From Candidatus Micrarchaeota archaeon (GTDB lineage: Archaea; Micrarchaeota; Micrarchaeia; Norongarragalinales; SBBD01), in NCBI GenBank assembly GCA_018819225.1, contig JAHJQN010000008.1, positions 1 through 64,000 of the forward strand: a DNA stretch of 64,000 bases. Reading direction: 5' to 3'. A model generated the notes under the pieces. That model saw only the letters and a list, made by a program, of their open reading frames with translations, searched no databases and was not told the DNA's origin. Of this stretch, positions 27,000-37,425 are shown in pieces. Every line of letters starts with the position of its first letter. The first letter of the stretch is position 1. Made by a program: the position numbers and the translations under genes.

Positions 27000-27389
27000 A
27001 TGGAGGCTAAGTTCGAACGCATAGTCAAAGTGCTTGAAGACTTATTACGTGAAGAGGACGTGTTAGCCGTTCGAATCGCTTCAGCTTCCGGAGGTAGTAT
27101 TGGTCCACCTCAATCCTTGTTAAAAATTAAGGATATGGGAGTCTGGAATATGGTGAATAATACGGTGAACGAGGCATTCACCATATTCACAAAATTCGGG
27201 CCATACGGAATTGATAAAATGTATTTGGAACTTGGAGAATACGAGATTATTTTCTTTCGAGTAGATCGTCGAACGCTTTTAATTGCTGTTATTCCCACTC
27301 TTGCAAACAAAGGATTGCTAGAAGTTGAAATTGAAAACACGCGTCGAGAAACAATTAATATATTAAAATCATCCGGGCCTGAACAGTAA
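27000..27389 (+). CDS. Roadblock/LC7 (profilin-like) domain protein
   Basis: 129 aa with a helix-strand-strand-helix-three-strand-helix pattern and 'ANKGLLEVEIE' before the terminal helix. Confidence 0.6.
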   Translation: MEAKFERIVKVLEDLLREEDVLAVRIASASGGSIGPPQSLLKIKDMGVWNMVNNTVNEAFTIFTKFGPYGIDKMYLELGEYEIIFFRVDRRTLLIAVIPTLANKGLLEVEIENTRRETINILKSSGPEQ

Positions 27390-28849
27390 TGCAAAAAGAG
27401 ATGGGACCAGGCAATTTAGAAGATGATCTTACAGAAGAACTAATGGGATCTCAAGCAAAAGAAAAATCAGATTATTCTCTAGATAATTCAGCAACGCATA
27501 AAAATGAAATTAACGGAGTAGGTGTAGGAAAACCAATTATTAAATCAAACTATTCTGAAGAATTTAAAATTAATGAAAAAAATTGTGAAGTTGTTGTTGT
27601 TACAAGTAGAAAATGGAATTCGCAAGAAGCCGGAAAAGATATCGCACTCAAATTAATGGAAAAGCTTGAGCATCAGCCAAAATTCATATTACTTTTTTCA
27701 ACAATTCATTATGAAAATAACGGAGGATTCCAACCCATATTAGATGAAATATATTTACATTTTCCAAACAATGTCAATTTGATAGGGGGCACTATATCGG
27801 GATTTATCAATTCCGACGGAATTTTTTCCAGAGGAATAACTGCGATGGCAGTATATAAAAAAAACATGCAAGTTACTACAGCTATTGGAAAACATACAAA
27901 AAGAACACCTACGTTTGCAGCTAGAGAATGTGCAAAAGCAATAAAAAAAAGGATTCAGACTCCGGATTTTATTTTTTCAATGATACCGGCAGGTACAGTC
28001 CCCCGATTACCATTCATGAAAAGAAGAAGAATTATACCAATTCCAAGTATTGTTAACAAGACAATAATGACAATTATGTCCGGTATTTTTAATTTAGCAG
28101 AATATGGTGTTGGTAGAGAAGACGAAATTCTTGAATCGTTTAGTAAGGAATTTCAAAGGACCAAGGTCGCAGTTGGAAATAGTTACGATAATAATAATTC
28201 GTTCACTAATTATCAATTCAATAATAGAAAAATATATACAACCTCGATGATTGCACTTGCCTTATCAAATGTTTCAGAATCAGATCTAATTCACACAACA
28301 AAGTTTTCATGTAGTAGTCCTACTTTTTCAATAGGAGATATAAATATGAACGGATGCTCCATTGGTTCCATTAATTCAAAGAATAGTTTAGATGAAATCC
28401 TAAGAATTTTAAGTTGGCCAAAAGAATATTTAAATGAAAGGATTTACCGAAAAACATACTATTATCCAGTTGGATATATTGAAAAGGGTTTAGCACATAC
28501 TCATGTAATGGGCTTATTTATTGGAAATCACATAGCCTTTACTCACAAATTAAAAAAGAAAGAAATGTGCATTCTAACTCAGTCAGGGAAAGAATATTAT
28601 GAAGATATCCAGAAGAAAATTTACCAAATAAAAAATAAAAAGAATAAAATATTTCTCGGGGTGTTATGTACATCCCAATTGGAAACTTTGGGAAGTAAAA
28701 ATTTAAAAATTAAAGAAATTTTGGAAAATAAATTCTTCAATAATGGTTTTATAGTTATATTTGCAGGTGGAGAAGGGAGTATTTTAAATGGCAATTATAA
28801 TTATTTAAATTGTTCAGCTGTTTTATCAACAATTGGAATAAATGATTAA
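27389..28849 (+). CDS. FIST-domain sensory protein
   Basis: 'PKFILLFSTIHY', 'LIGGTISGFI...GITAMA', 'GNSYDNN..FTNYQF', C-terminal 'FAGGE'. TAATG overlap with the Roadblock gene. Confidence 0.7.
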   Translation: MQKEMGPGNLEDDLTEELMGSQAKEKSDYSLDNSATHKNEINGVGVGKPIIKSNYSEEFKINEKNCEVVVVTSRKWNSQEAGKDIALKLMEKLEHQPKFILLFSTIHYENNGGFQPILDEIYLHFPNNVNLIGGTISGFINSDGIFSRGITAMAVYKKNMQVTTAIGKHTKRTPTFAARECAKAIKKRIQTPDFIFSMIPAGTVPRLPFMKRRRIIPIPSIVNKTIMTIMSGIFNLAEYGVGREDEILESFSKEFQRTKVAVGNSYDNNNSFTNYQFNNRKIYTTSMIALALSNVSESDLIHTTKFSCSSPTFSIGDINMNGCSIGSINSKNSLDEILRILSWPKEYLNERIYRKTYYYPVGYIEKGLAHTHVMGLFIGNHIAFTHKLKKKEMCILTQSGKEYYEDIQKKIYQIKNKKNKIFLGVLCTSQLETLGSKNLKIKEILENKFFNNGFIVIFAGGEGSILNGNYNYLNCSAVLSTIGIND

Positions 28850-28851
28850 TT

Positions 28852-30054
28852 ATGGGTAAAAAAATCGTAATTGGAGCTGGATTAACGGGATTAGTTGCAT
28901 CATACTACAATCAGGATGCAATAGTTTACGAAAGCTCCGATAGAATCGGCGGACGGATATTTTCTATCAATGATAACAACAATATTGATATGGGGGCTCA
29001 GTTTTTTTCCGAGTACGATAGAAATATTATGGACTTTATAGATAGTTTAAATTTATCTCATCAGTTAAAAGAATTTCAATTAAAAAATTTTAGTGCAATA
29101 AATCGGGAAAAAAACTTTGAAAGACACTTGACTGATTTCTCTGATGAAGAGAAAATCGAGTTAAAAAAATTTAAAGATATTACAGAAATAATAGAAGAAT
29201 TCGAAAACGATGAATTGATATCATCATATTTCAAGGATTGGTATAACAGACAAGTTGGTAGTGAAGCAGATTGGTTTATTGATGCGCTTATTAGAATGAT
29301 AACTTTTTCAGATTCAACAAAAATATCAGCGATATATGGAATAGCGGTAATTAATAGTTTTTTTGAAACATGCTTCTCTTTTTCAAATGGACTCAGTGAG
29401 ATTATATCAACTATTCACAATATTAGAAGTCACAATATTTACGCTAAAAACCGTATAACTAATTTGAAAATTAAAAAAAGGCATATCACATCAATTAACA
29501 TTAATGGTAAAAAAATGGATATCAATAAAAACGATAAAATCATATCGACTATTCCTGCCCAGGCACTTGAAGACATATTAGAAAATAAGGACGATCAATT
29601 AAATAAAACATTAAAAGAAATTCGATACGTTTCATGTACGACTGCCGTCTTCAATACTAAAAAAACATGCTTTCCAAATACAACTGGATCTGTTTTTCTA
29701 AACACCAAAATTACAGCGGCATATGAAAATAAAAATAAATTTACAATGAATAAATTAGAAAATGAAAACGGAACGATAGTCTCGTTTATTCCAGATTATT
29801 CACATAATGAATATCAAAGTAATAATATTGCTAAAAAAGAATTGATAAATATTTATCCCGATCTCGATAATAATATTACAGAGAGAAATGTGATGCATTG
29901 GAAGTATGGTCTTCCAATATGTTCTCCAAATTTATTTAAAAATCAAAAAATAATTATGGAGTATAAACCAAAGAATTTAGAAATTTGCGGCGATTTCATG
30001 GGGCTTCCATCACTTGATGCATGTGTTGAGACGGTAAGGAAAGTAAACGTTTAA
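28852..30054 (+). CDS. FAD-dependent oxidoreductase (amine oxidase/protoporphyrinogen oxidase-like)
   Basis: 'IVIGAGLTGLVA', 'ESSDRIGGRI', 'DMGAQFF', C-terminal 'CGDFMGLPSLDACV'. Confidence 0.85.
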   Translation: MGKKIVIGAGLTGLVASYYNQDAIVYESSDRIGGRIFSINDNNNIDMGAQFFSEYDRNIMDFIDSLNLSHQLKEFQLKNFSAINREKNFERHLTDFSDEEKIELKKFKDITEIIEEFENDELISSYFKDWYNRQVGSEADWFIDALIRMITFSDSTKISAIYGIAVINSFFETCFSFSNGLSEIISTIHNIRSHNIYAKNRITNLKIKKRHITSININGKKMDINKNDKIISTIPAQALEDILENKDDQLNKTLKEIRYVSCTTAVFNTKKTCFPNTTGSVFLNTKITAAYENKNKFTMNKLENENGTIVSFIPDYSHNEYQSNNIAKKELINIYPDLDNNITERNVMHWKYGLPICSPNLFKNQKIIMEYKPKNLEICGDFMGLPSLDACVETVRKVNV

Positions 30055-31129
30055 AGAAACTTAAAGACATATCCTCATTCTTCATTTGAACAAACTCAGA
30101 TCTAATTTTTCTAGCGTTTTTATTTTCTTTCAAAATTGGAGTCACCATATTTTTATAAGAAGATAATACAATTGCATTATCGTTAAAATTAGTTGCTATT
30201 GCATTCGCGGAATGATATCCACTATAAATTGCTTGACGAACACCATACCCAAAAAGAGGATCAAGTAAACCTGCAGCATCACCTACAAATAAGACGTTAC
30301 TATTTGAGGTTAACGACGTACATAGCGCTGTAGAGGATCCAGCAACAAATTTTTTATTTTCAACTTTGGCAATCATATTCGCTAAACTATTATTTTTAAT
30401 GAAATTATTAAAATATTCTGACACTGAAATATTTTCTAGTTTGTTTTTTTCAAGAACTATAGATGAAAAACAAATGTCAGGGGTTGAAATAAAATAAAAA
30501 TATCCGCCCGGTAAATAGTTATTATCGAAAAACACATGAGTAGTATTTTCTGGAATATTTAATTTATTTGATATAAAACCATACGCTATAATTGATATCG
30601 GAGGGCAGTTATCAGATTGATTCGTTGAATGAATAAATTTATTAAAAGACGATCGATGACCTTCAGCAATTATAATATATCTTGGATAAATAGTAATTTT
30701 TTTTGAATCATCTTTTTTAATCGATACTCGCTTAACATCGTTACCAATTACTTCGACATTATCAATATTGGAATTTAATAATAAATCGCAACCTCCATCT
30801 TGTGCATTTTTTAATGTAATACTATCAAAAGAATCACTTTCCGAACCTCGTTTAATAAAATAATCCTTAATATCCGATTTTAATGTAAATGAAACTTTCG
30901 GAGAAAACCACTTCGATAACGACGATTCTCCAATTATTGGAAGTCGAAAATCGCGTACGATATCATCAATCAAATAACTTTCAGTGACATCAATTTTTGT
31001 TGGAATATTTAATGCAGGCGATTTACTTTTTTCGATTAATATTGTCGAATAGCCTTTTTTCGATAATACTAGTGAAGCAACGGCCCCAGAAGCTCCACCA
31101 CCAACTACTAATACATCACATTTTATCAA
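29996..31129 (-). CDS. Geranylgeranyl reductase-family flavoprotein
   Basis: 'DVLVVGGGASG', 'PGGYFY', 'VGDAAGLLDPLFGYGVRQAIYSG'. Confidence 0.85.
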   Translation of the reverse strand: MIKCDVLVVGGGASGAVASLVLSKKGYSTILIEKSKSPALNIPTKIDVTESYLIDDIVRDFRLPIIGESSLSKWFSPKVSFTLKSDIKDYFIKRGSESDSFDSITLKNAQDGGCDLLLNSNIDNVEVIGNDVKRVSIKKDDSKKITIYPRYIIIAEGHRSSFNKFIHSTNQSDNCPPISIIAYGFISNKLNIPENTTHVFFDNNYLPGGYFYFISTPDICFSSIVLEKNKLENISVSEYFNNFIKNNSLANMIAKVENKKFVAGSSTALCTSLTSNSNVLFVGDAAGLLDPLFGYGVRQAIYSGYHSANAIATNFNDNAIVLSSYKNMVTPILKENKNARKIRSEFVQMKNEDMSLSFFKRLLSLPSQHMHQVMEAP

Positions 31130-31985
31130 ATTTATCTACCAAACCAAATGTAATGGCTTTATCAAAAATATTTTTTGATATATTTCTATTTTTCATTAAA
31201 ATTGCGGTAAGTCCTGAATTCTTTTGAGATATTAAATCATATAATTCAGCCAAATCTTTTCCTTCCAAACTCTTTGTATTTGAATATATGCGATCAAATT
31301 CGAGTATCATTTTTTTTGGAATATAAACTTCAAGAACGTAATCGTCAACAATAAAATAGTCAGGAAATACATCATATTTTAATCCAAATTTAGTTTTTTT
31401 TCCAAACTTTGAAAAAAAGTCAGCTAATAAAAGATCAAGAGGAGTAGTCTTATTACATATTATATAGTGCCGACCTGTCGACATAACATTTTTAAGAATT
31501 TGAAATTGTTCTTGTGAAATATTTACAATTGGCCAAATGTGACGTAGCCAACCTAGCGTTGTTAGATTTTTTTTTGATAAGCTAGTCAAATAGGTTTCCT
31601 GAAGCCCCCAATAACAGTATTGCAAATAGGTATCAAAAGATACTGTTATCGACTCGCCTTCCTGGATATCGGAAAAATGAGGAAGGTTATTACCGGCGTA
31701 CTTCGCCTCAACGTCCTCTCCAAACCGCTTGATTTGCCTCGCCCACTCTAAATCTAAAAGATACGCGCCACCTTCATTCTTTGAAACAATTTTTTTTTCA
31801 ACCAATGACCGAATGGATTTATGAACCGCTTGATACGTCAGATCCGACGACTGCGATTTCTGAATGGCTCTAAAGATCTGCTTCGCATTCAACGGATACG
31901 TCTTTGAAAGAACGCGAATAACCTGAGACCTCGCATCCTTACCCCCCGATATCAGGGGAACCCCATCATCCAACGAAAGCACCAT
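31116..31985 (-). CDS. wHTH transcriptional regulator with C-terminal putative sensor domain
   Basis: N-terminal 'LNAKQIF...LTYQAVHKSIRSLVEKKIV...YLL' winged helix. Confidence 0.75.
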   Translation of the reverse strand: MVLSLDDGVPLISGGKDARSQVIRVLSKTYPLNAKQIFRAIQKSQSSDLTYQAVHKSIRSLVEKKIVSKNEGGAYLLDLEWARQIKRFGEDVEAKYAGNNLPHFSDIQEGESITVSFDTYLQYCYWGLQETYLTSLSKKNLTTLGWLRHIWPIVNISQEQFQILKNVMSTGRHYIICNKTTPLDLLLADFFSKFGKKTKFGLKYDVFPDYFIVDDYVLEVYIPKKMILEFDRIYSNTKSLEGKDLAELYDLISQKNSGLTAILMKNRNISKNIFDKAITFGLVDKFDKM

Positions 31986-32068
31986 AACGAGACACCCTAC
32001 GAAATGACCTTCATGCCAACCAAACTAGTAAAAAACAGATAATATAAACTTTTTGTTGATCAAGAGAC

Positions 32069-32620
32069 TTATAACGCTTTGAGCAAGTCTGACTTCGTCA
32101 CGATGCCGTACGGCTTGTCTTTCCTTAAAACGAGGACCGCTTGGGCGTCATGCAATAACGATGCCACCGCCGAAATGGGAGTCGACTCCGAAACCGACGG
32201 AAACGGGTCATCCAACACCTCCGACACCACCATATGCTTCGAATCCAAGTTCCCACGCTCAAACGATTCCACGACTACGCGCTCGGAAAGGCTGCCCACG
32301 ATCCGACCGAAAGCATCTTCCACCGGAAGCTGGGAAAACCCGTTGCGACGCATCTTCGAAACAGCCCGCGAAAGCAGATCCGTCGACTTCACCGAAATAA
32401 TCGGGGAGTGCATCACGTCCCGCGCCTTCTTCTCCGCATGACGCTGCAAGTGATCCAACGTATCCATCACCTGCTTCGCCTTCGAATACGCCGGATCCAC
32501 CCGACCCGCCTCAACCTTGGCCACCAACGACTGCGATACGCGAGACAAACGCGCCAACTCCGACTGCGTCAAACCCAAGCGGCGACGGATACGAAGAATG
32601 GAAGAAAGTTCCGGCAGCAT
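32069..32620 (-). CDS. XRE-HTH plus CBS-pair regulator
   Basis: 'RRRLGLTQSELARLSRVSQSLVAKVEAGRVDP', 'FSQLPV', 'GIVTKSDLL'. Confidence 0.92.
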   Translation of the reverse strand: MLPELSSILRIRRRLGLTQSELARLSRVSQSLVAKVEAGRVDPAYSKAKQVMDTLDHLQRHAEKKARDVMHSPIISVKSTDLLSRAVSKMRRNGFSQLPVEDAFGRIVGSLSERVVVESFERGNLDSKHMVVSEVLDDPFPSVSESTPISAVASLLHDAQAVLVLRKDKPYGIVTKSDLLKAL

Positions 32621-32742
32621 ACCAATCCAAAGCCAACCGCCCTATAAAAATATTCCGAATGGAATAAATTAAGCATAAAATATTAATAACGCAAGGGTTC
32701 AGATAGGGGTATACGGGACAATAGCTCATTGAGGGATACCGA

Positions 32743-33933
32743 ATGGATCGAAACATTAACGTAGAAAAAACACTGCACAAAGCCGTATACGGGGATACGG
32801 AAATCGTCGAACGAAAAGGAATCGGGCACCCCGACAGCCTCTGCGATGGAATCGCCGAGCAAATATCCGTCGCGTTGTGCAAACACTACCAAAAAGAAAC
32901 GGGAACCATATTGCATCACAATACGGATAAAGTGCTACTCAACGCGGGACAAGCGGAGGTACGATTCGGATACGGAAAAATCACGAAACCCATTCACATC
33001 GTACTCAGCGGGAATGCCACGTTTAAAACAGACCAGCACGAAATCGATGTCCCCCACGTGGCGACGAAGACCACGAAAGAATACCTCAATAACGTTTTAC
33101 GGTACTTGGACGTAAAAAACGACGTGGAAATCGACTGTCGGATTGCCAGTGGAAGCGTCGACCTCGCCGAAATATATAAAAGAAAGGGCAAGAAAAGCAG
33201 CAACGATACGAGCTTCGGATGCGGATACGCGCCGCTATCACCCCTCGAACAAAAAGTGTTGAGCATCGAAAGGCATTTGAACTCTAAAGAATTCAAGCAA
33301 CGCGTTCCCGCAAGCGGGGAAGACGTGAAGGTCATGGGCCTGCGAAAAAATAACCGATTGCGCGTCACCATCGCCGCAGCCGTCGTCGGAAGCCAAGTCG
33401 CCCATCTGGAAGCCTATCAGGACGTGATGGCAAGAGTCAAAGAAGAAGCTCATAAAATCGCCGGGGACGGAGATACCGAAATTGTGGTGAACACGGGCGA
33501 CGACTACGAAAAACAGTCCGTGTTCATTACCGCGACCGGTACCTCGGCAGAACACGGAGACCCCGGAGAAGTCGGCAGAGGCAATCGAGTCAATGGGCTC
33601 ATCACCCCGTTCAAACCCATGAGCCTGGAAGCCGCTGCCGGAAAAAATCCGGTGACGCATATCGGAAAAATCTACAATATTGCAAGCATGTTGCTCGCAA
33701 ACCAAATCGTGAAAGAAAATACGGAAGTCGAGTTCTGTGAAGTGTATTTGCTATCACAGATCGGAAGCCCCGTGGACCAACCCAAAGCAGCCGACGTGCA
33801 AATCCGCACGAAGCTCGAAGGCGCCGAATATGACACGCTGAAGAAACGCATCGGAGACCTCGTAGACCATCATCTCGAAACCATCGAAGAGACCACGACG
33901 CTCATCATCAATCAAAAGGTCAGCGTGTTCTAG
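32743..33933 (+). CDS. mat: Archaeal S-adenosylmethionine synthetase
   Basis: 'EIVERKGIGHPDSLCDG', 'NDTSFG', 'GEDVKVMG', 'GRGNRVNGLITP', 'AGKNPVTHIGKIYN'. Confidence 0.96.
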   Translation: MDRNINVEKTLHKAVYGDTEIVERKGIGHPDSLCDGIAEQISVALCKHYQKETGTILHHNTDKVLLNAGQAEVRFGYGKITKPIHIVLSGNATFKTDQHEIDVPHVATKTTKEYLNNVLRYLDVKNDVEIDCRIASGSVDLAEIYKRKGKKSSNDTSFGCGYAPLSPLEQKVLSIERHLNSKEFKQRVPASGEDVKVMGLRKNNRLRVTIAAAVVGSQVAHLEAYQDVMARVKEEAHKIAGDGDTEIVVNTGDDYEKQSVFITATGTSAEHGDPGEVGRGNRVNGLITPFKPMSLEAAAGKNPVTHIGKIYNIASMLLANQIVKENTEVEFCEVYLLSQIGSPVDQPKAADVQIRTKLEGAEYDTLKKRIGDLVDHHLETIEETTTLIINQKVSVF

Positions 33934-33976
33934 ACCGGGCACCAACGCTTTTAAAAGAACCGCGCCTAATTCGCGA

Positions 33977-34435
33977 ATGGTTATTGAACAAATCGTTGCC
34001 CCATACGTTTGGCACATCAACTTGTTCATTGCCACCCTACTATCCGCAAGCATCGTCCCCCTGCCGTCCGAACCCGCCATCATCCTGACCATGAAATTCC
34101 TGGATCCCATCACCGTATTCATCATCGCCATGCTGGGCTCCACGCTCGGAAGCATCACGAACTACTACATCGGAGCCAAAGGCATCCGGAACATGATCAT
34201 CACGAGGCACGATGGTTACGAGAAACGAGCGCACGAACTCGTCGACCAATACGGGTTCACCATGCTCCTGATCTTCCCTTGGATTCCATTCGTCGGGGAC
34301 CCCATCCTCATCGTCGCCGGCGTACTGCGAATGAACTTCGAGCGATTCATGACCTGGATCATCATTGCGAGAGCCATTAAAATCATTGCCATCATCATGG
34401 TCGGCCCACCCATACTCGACTTTCTCGGCATCTGA
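33977..34435 (+). CDS. DedA/YqaA (VTT-domain) membrane protein
   Basis: 'SASIVPLPSE', 'GSTLGSITNYYIG', 'WIPFVGDP..AGVLRM'. Confidence 0.88.
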   Translation: MVIEQIVAPYVWHINLFIATLLSASIVPLPSEPAIILTMKFLDPITVFIIAMLGSTLGSITNYYIGAKGIRNMIITRHDGYEKRAHELVDQYGFTMLLIFPWIPFVGDPILIVAGVLRMNFERFMTWIIIARAIKIIAIIMVGPPILDFLGI

Positions 34436-34437
34436 CG

Positions 34438-35487
34438 CTATTCAAGAATACCGGTGCCGCGCTTCCGTGCGACATAAATATCCGCGTCCAGCATTTCCCC
34501 TTCTTTGAAAAAGTGATGCACAAAGTAAATATTGCCTTGCGCATCCAACGAAGGTTCTGCAGCAAACTGGGAAAGAATGAGCTCCGGATCCGACCACGAA
34601 CCGTTCACAAAAAGAGAGCGGTAAATAGAGGGCGCTCCCAAACGACGACGCGTAAACCACAATTCCTTTCCATCCTCGGAAAGAAAAGGCCAGCCCTCCA
34701 CTTCCACCGTATTCAAAGCAGTCAATTCCTCGGGCTCCTGCCACACCCCATTCAACAAACGGGACGAGTACAAATCATAACCGCCCTTACCACGGTTTCG
34801 AGGCGAATGGAAATACAACGTCTGGCCATCCGAAGAAAGATGCATTTCCCCAAGCTCGAAATGCTCGTTCAAACGCGGTCCGACATTCTCCCAAAGACCC
34901 CATTCTCCTTCAATGAATCGAGCCGTATACATGTCGACCTCGCGGTAGTTCCCAATACGCGCAGAACAAAACCACATCGTGTCCCCGTGAACGTAAGGAC
35001 AGCCATCCAACGACGCGTTATCCGGAAAATGCAAGAAAATACGCTGGGGGTCCTGCCATTCTCCTCCAGCATTGCGAGAAACATAGATGCCGGTCGCACC
35101 ATCCGTTAACTGTTGATGAGGAGGAACTGCGGGATCCGGAGTAAACCAAAAGTATAAAGTCTGGCCATCCGAAGTCACGAAAGCAGAATCTTCTGCTCCC
35201 GCCGTATTGATCACTGAAGAGAGAGGCTCGGGAGGCAGCCAACCCCCCGAATGAAGCAACGGAGGGTATTCATCGGTATCCGGAGACATCTTAATCGCGG
35301 AAGAAGGAATGGATTTCAGGCGCGGCACCACAAAATGCGAGGGAATAGGCGCGGGAGTCGGCGTGGGATCAATGAAAGGACGCGAAGGCGTAGGAGTCGA
35401 AGCGTACATGTTCCGTGCTTCCTCGAGCTGCGTGCAACCCGAAAGTAAAAGGGACGCAATGACCAACAAGCCAACCAAAAGACGCAT
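34438..35487 (-). CDS. Lipoprotein with PD40/TolB-like beta-propeller repeats
   Basis: Lipobox 'LLSGC', repeats of 'SDGQTLYF' and 'SEDGKELWF'. Confidence 0.8.
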   Translation of the reverse strand: MRLLVGLLVIASLLLSGCTQLEEARNMYASTPTPSRPFIDPTPTPAPIPSHFVVPRLKSIPSSAIKMSPDTDEYPPLLHSGGWLPPEPLSSVINTAGAEDSAFVTSDGQTLYFWFTPDPAVPPHQQLTDGATGIYVSRNAGGEWQDPQRIFLHFPDNASLDGCPYVHGDTMWFCSARIGNYREVDMYTARFIEGEWGLWENVGPRLNEHFELGEMHLSSDGQTLYFHSPRNRGKGGYDLYSSRLLNGVWQEPEELTALNTVEVEGWPFLSEDGKELWFTRRRLGAPSIYRSLFVNGSWSDPELILSQFAAEPSLDAQGNIYFVHHFFKEGEMLDADIYVARKRGTGILE

Positions 35488-35515
35488 AAGAAAAAAAATA
35501 ACTCATCAAATAATA

Positions 35516-35529
35516 AGCCTCCGGCGGGA
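35516..35529. repeat. 14-bp direct repeat AGCCTCCGGCGGGA (left copy)
   Basis: Identical copy at 37412-37425. The pair flanks an AT-rich gene. Confidence 0.7.
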
Positions 35530-35598
35530 CTCGGCCAAAAGGTGCAAAGCCCTCAGGTCACAATAGATAGTAACTAACATACGCATTGAAAGATTTTT

Positions 35599-37317
35599 CT
35601 AATTGAATTCCACATTACGGTTTTTGATTAATACTCTATTTACTTTGTACAAACGCCATTGGGATCCTATATCTTTGATAGGTTCAAGATTTACATGATA
35701 TGATTCGGGATTCTTGTACTGGAAATATACTTCCGCATGTTCTTCGAACGTATTACTTTTTCCAAGGTAATATTTTCCACAGCTAAAATCGTTCTCAAAA
35801 TGATACCCGTTGTACGGATTAACGATTCGACCACCTTCCTTGAGCATTTCGTGAGTTAACAATCCATCTATATAAACTTCTTTCGAAAGAAATATCCAAT
35901 CGTTATGGGTTTCTGCAATAACCTTATTTGCTATTTGATTCTTCTCCTCCGAATATGCAGGAATTTCTTGGGGAAAACTATTCATCATTATCGTAAATAT
36001 AAGCAAGCTGCCAAATAGGGATATCCCCGCAATAAATTTTGTTTTATTTAGGGAATTTGAAGTGAAAAATAAGTATATTGAGGTAACTACTACTGTAACG
36101 GCGAGAAATACGGTGCCTATTGATGGAAAAAGCTGGAGGCTGAAAATAAACATTACTGCAGCAAATTCAATTACCGCAAATGCGAATATGAACGAAATCG
36201 CGAAATCATGTTCTTTCTTTTTTATTAATGAATCCAGTCCACTAACCGCAAGTAAAATAAGGAATAGGTTCAACATGATGATTGCTCTCTCCATATCTGG
36301 GAAAAATCCCGTTAAACCAAAAGTCAGAATGATATCGTTTAGAATGTTTCCATATTCTTGAGAGTAAATGAGGAAAAAGAACATAGACAATACTGCCCAA
36401 TGCCATCTTAATGCGGTTACTCCAACAACTGCTAACGCCAAGATAATAAGACCTAAAGAAATGTATTCGGGACTTAATGGTCCGGGAACGTGGTGAACAA
36501 CTAATTCATATGGGTTGATTGTGCGTTCAACGACTTCAAGTACGGGTACTGCTCCCCTATGAACATTATTTCTAATCATTTCAATTTGATATATAAAAAT
36601 AGAGGCAATTTTCCATCCAATAATAATTAAAAATGAAATACTCAGCCCAATTATAGCTTTTAGATTTAGTGTTTTTCTTTTTCTAAAGTAAGAAAATCCC
36701 ATAATTATGAATGCGACAAATATACCCCAATAAATTGCGTACCAAGCTCCTGCAAGTCCTATAAGTCCTAATATCGTACCCGCTTTTATTCCCTCTTTCC
36801 AACTATTTTTTTCAATGCTTCTTGATAAAAAGTGCAGGAATAAGGGTAGCAATGCATACGCTGCAAACATGTCCATTGGCCCCCAACTAAGGAGCCATAA
36901 CGCGATGCCTGAACTTGAGTAAGTCAAAGATCCAAACAATCGAATATATTTATCTGAACTGAACGTTTTACTTAAAATCCAGAAAGATATCGCGGATAAG
37001 GCGACGTGAAACAATATGAATAATCGGTACGCGATTGATTCTGAAAATAGATTAAATATAATGAAAATAGGCGGATACCATATGCCAGATAGTGGTGAAA
37101 TGTATTCGGGATAGTTTCCGCAGTATATTTGATCATTATATATTGGCAGTTCACCCTGTCTTAGTTGTTGGATGTCGTGCTGTATCCAATTTAGGTAGGG
37201 ATATAGGTCGCCTCCTCCGAATGGAAGTGTATTCCAATCTGTAAGGAGGATTCCTGAATATGCGATGGTAAGAAATAGAAAAGTGAATATTATTAGTAAA
37301 TACGTTTTCTTATTCAA
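35599..37317 (-). CDS. Polytopic membrane protein, GT-C/YfhO-like glycosyltransferase candidate
   Basis: More than 10 TM helices, first loop 'GGGD...GELPIYNDQIYCGNYP...GIWYPP'. Markedly AT-rich relative to flanks. Confidence 0.6.
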   Translation of the reverse strand: MNKKTYLLIIFTFLFLTIAYSGILLTDWNTLPFGGGDLYPYLNWIQHDIQQLRQGELPIYNDQIYCGNYPEYISPLSGIWYPPIFIIFNLFSESIAYRLFILFHVALSAISFWILSKTFSSDKYIRLFGSLTYSSSGIALWLLSWGPMDMFAAYALLPLFLHFLSRSIEKNSWKEGIKAGTILGLIGLAGAWYAIYWGIFVAFIIMGFSYFRKRKTLNLKAIIGLSISFLIIIGWKIASIFIYQIEMIRNNVHRGAVPVLEVVERTINPYELVVHHVPGPLSPEYISLGLIILALAVVGVTALRWHWAVLSMFFFLIYSQEYGNILNDIILTFGLTGFFPDMERAIIMLNLFLILLAVSGLDSLIKKKEHDFAISFIFAFAVIEFAAVMFIFSLQLFPSIGTVFLAVTVVVTSIYLFFTSNSLNKTKFIAGISLFGSLLIFTIMMNSFPQEIPAYSEEKNQIANKVIAETHNDWIFLSKEVYIDGLLTHEMLKEGGRIVNPYNGYHFENDFSCGKYYLGKSNTFEEHAEVYFQYKNPESYHVNLEPIKDIGSQWRLYKVNRVLIKNRNVEFN

Positions 37318-37411
37318 TGCCTTTCCCTTACGTTCTTTAATTTTAACTATTTCGTATATGGATCAGGTTGGAATATTATAAAAAGGGATTCTTATCCTGG
37401 AAAATTAAAGG

Positions 37412-37425
37412 AGCCTCCGGCGGGA
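37412..37425. repeat. 14-bp direct repeat AGCCTCCGGCGGGA (right copy), tRNA 3'-end-like
   Basis: Extended reverse complement GGTACGATTCCCGCCGGAGGCT resembles a T-loop plus acceptor 3' strand. Confidence 0.7.
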
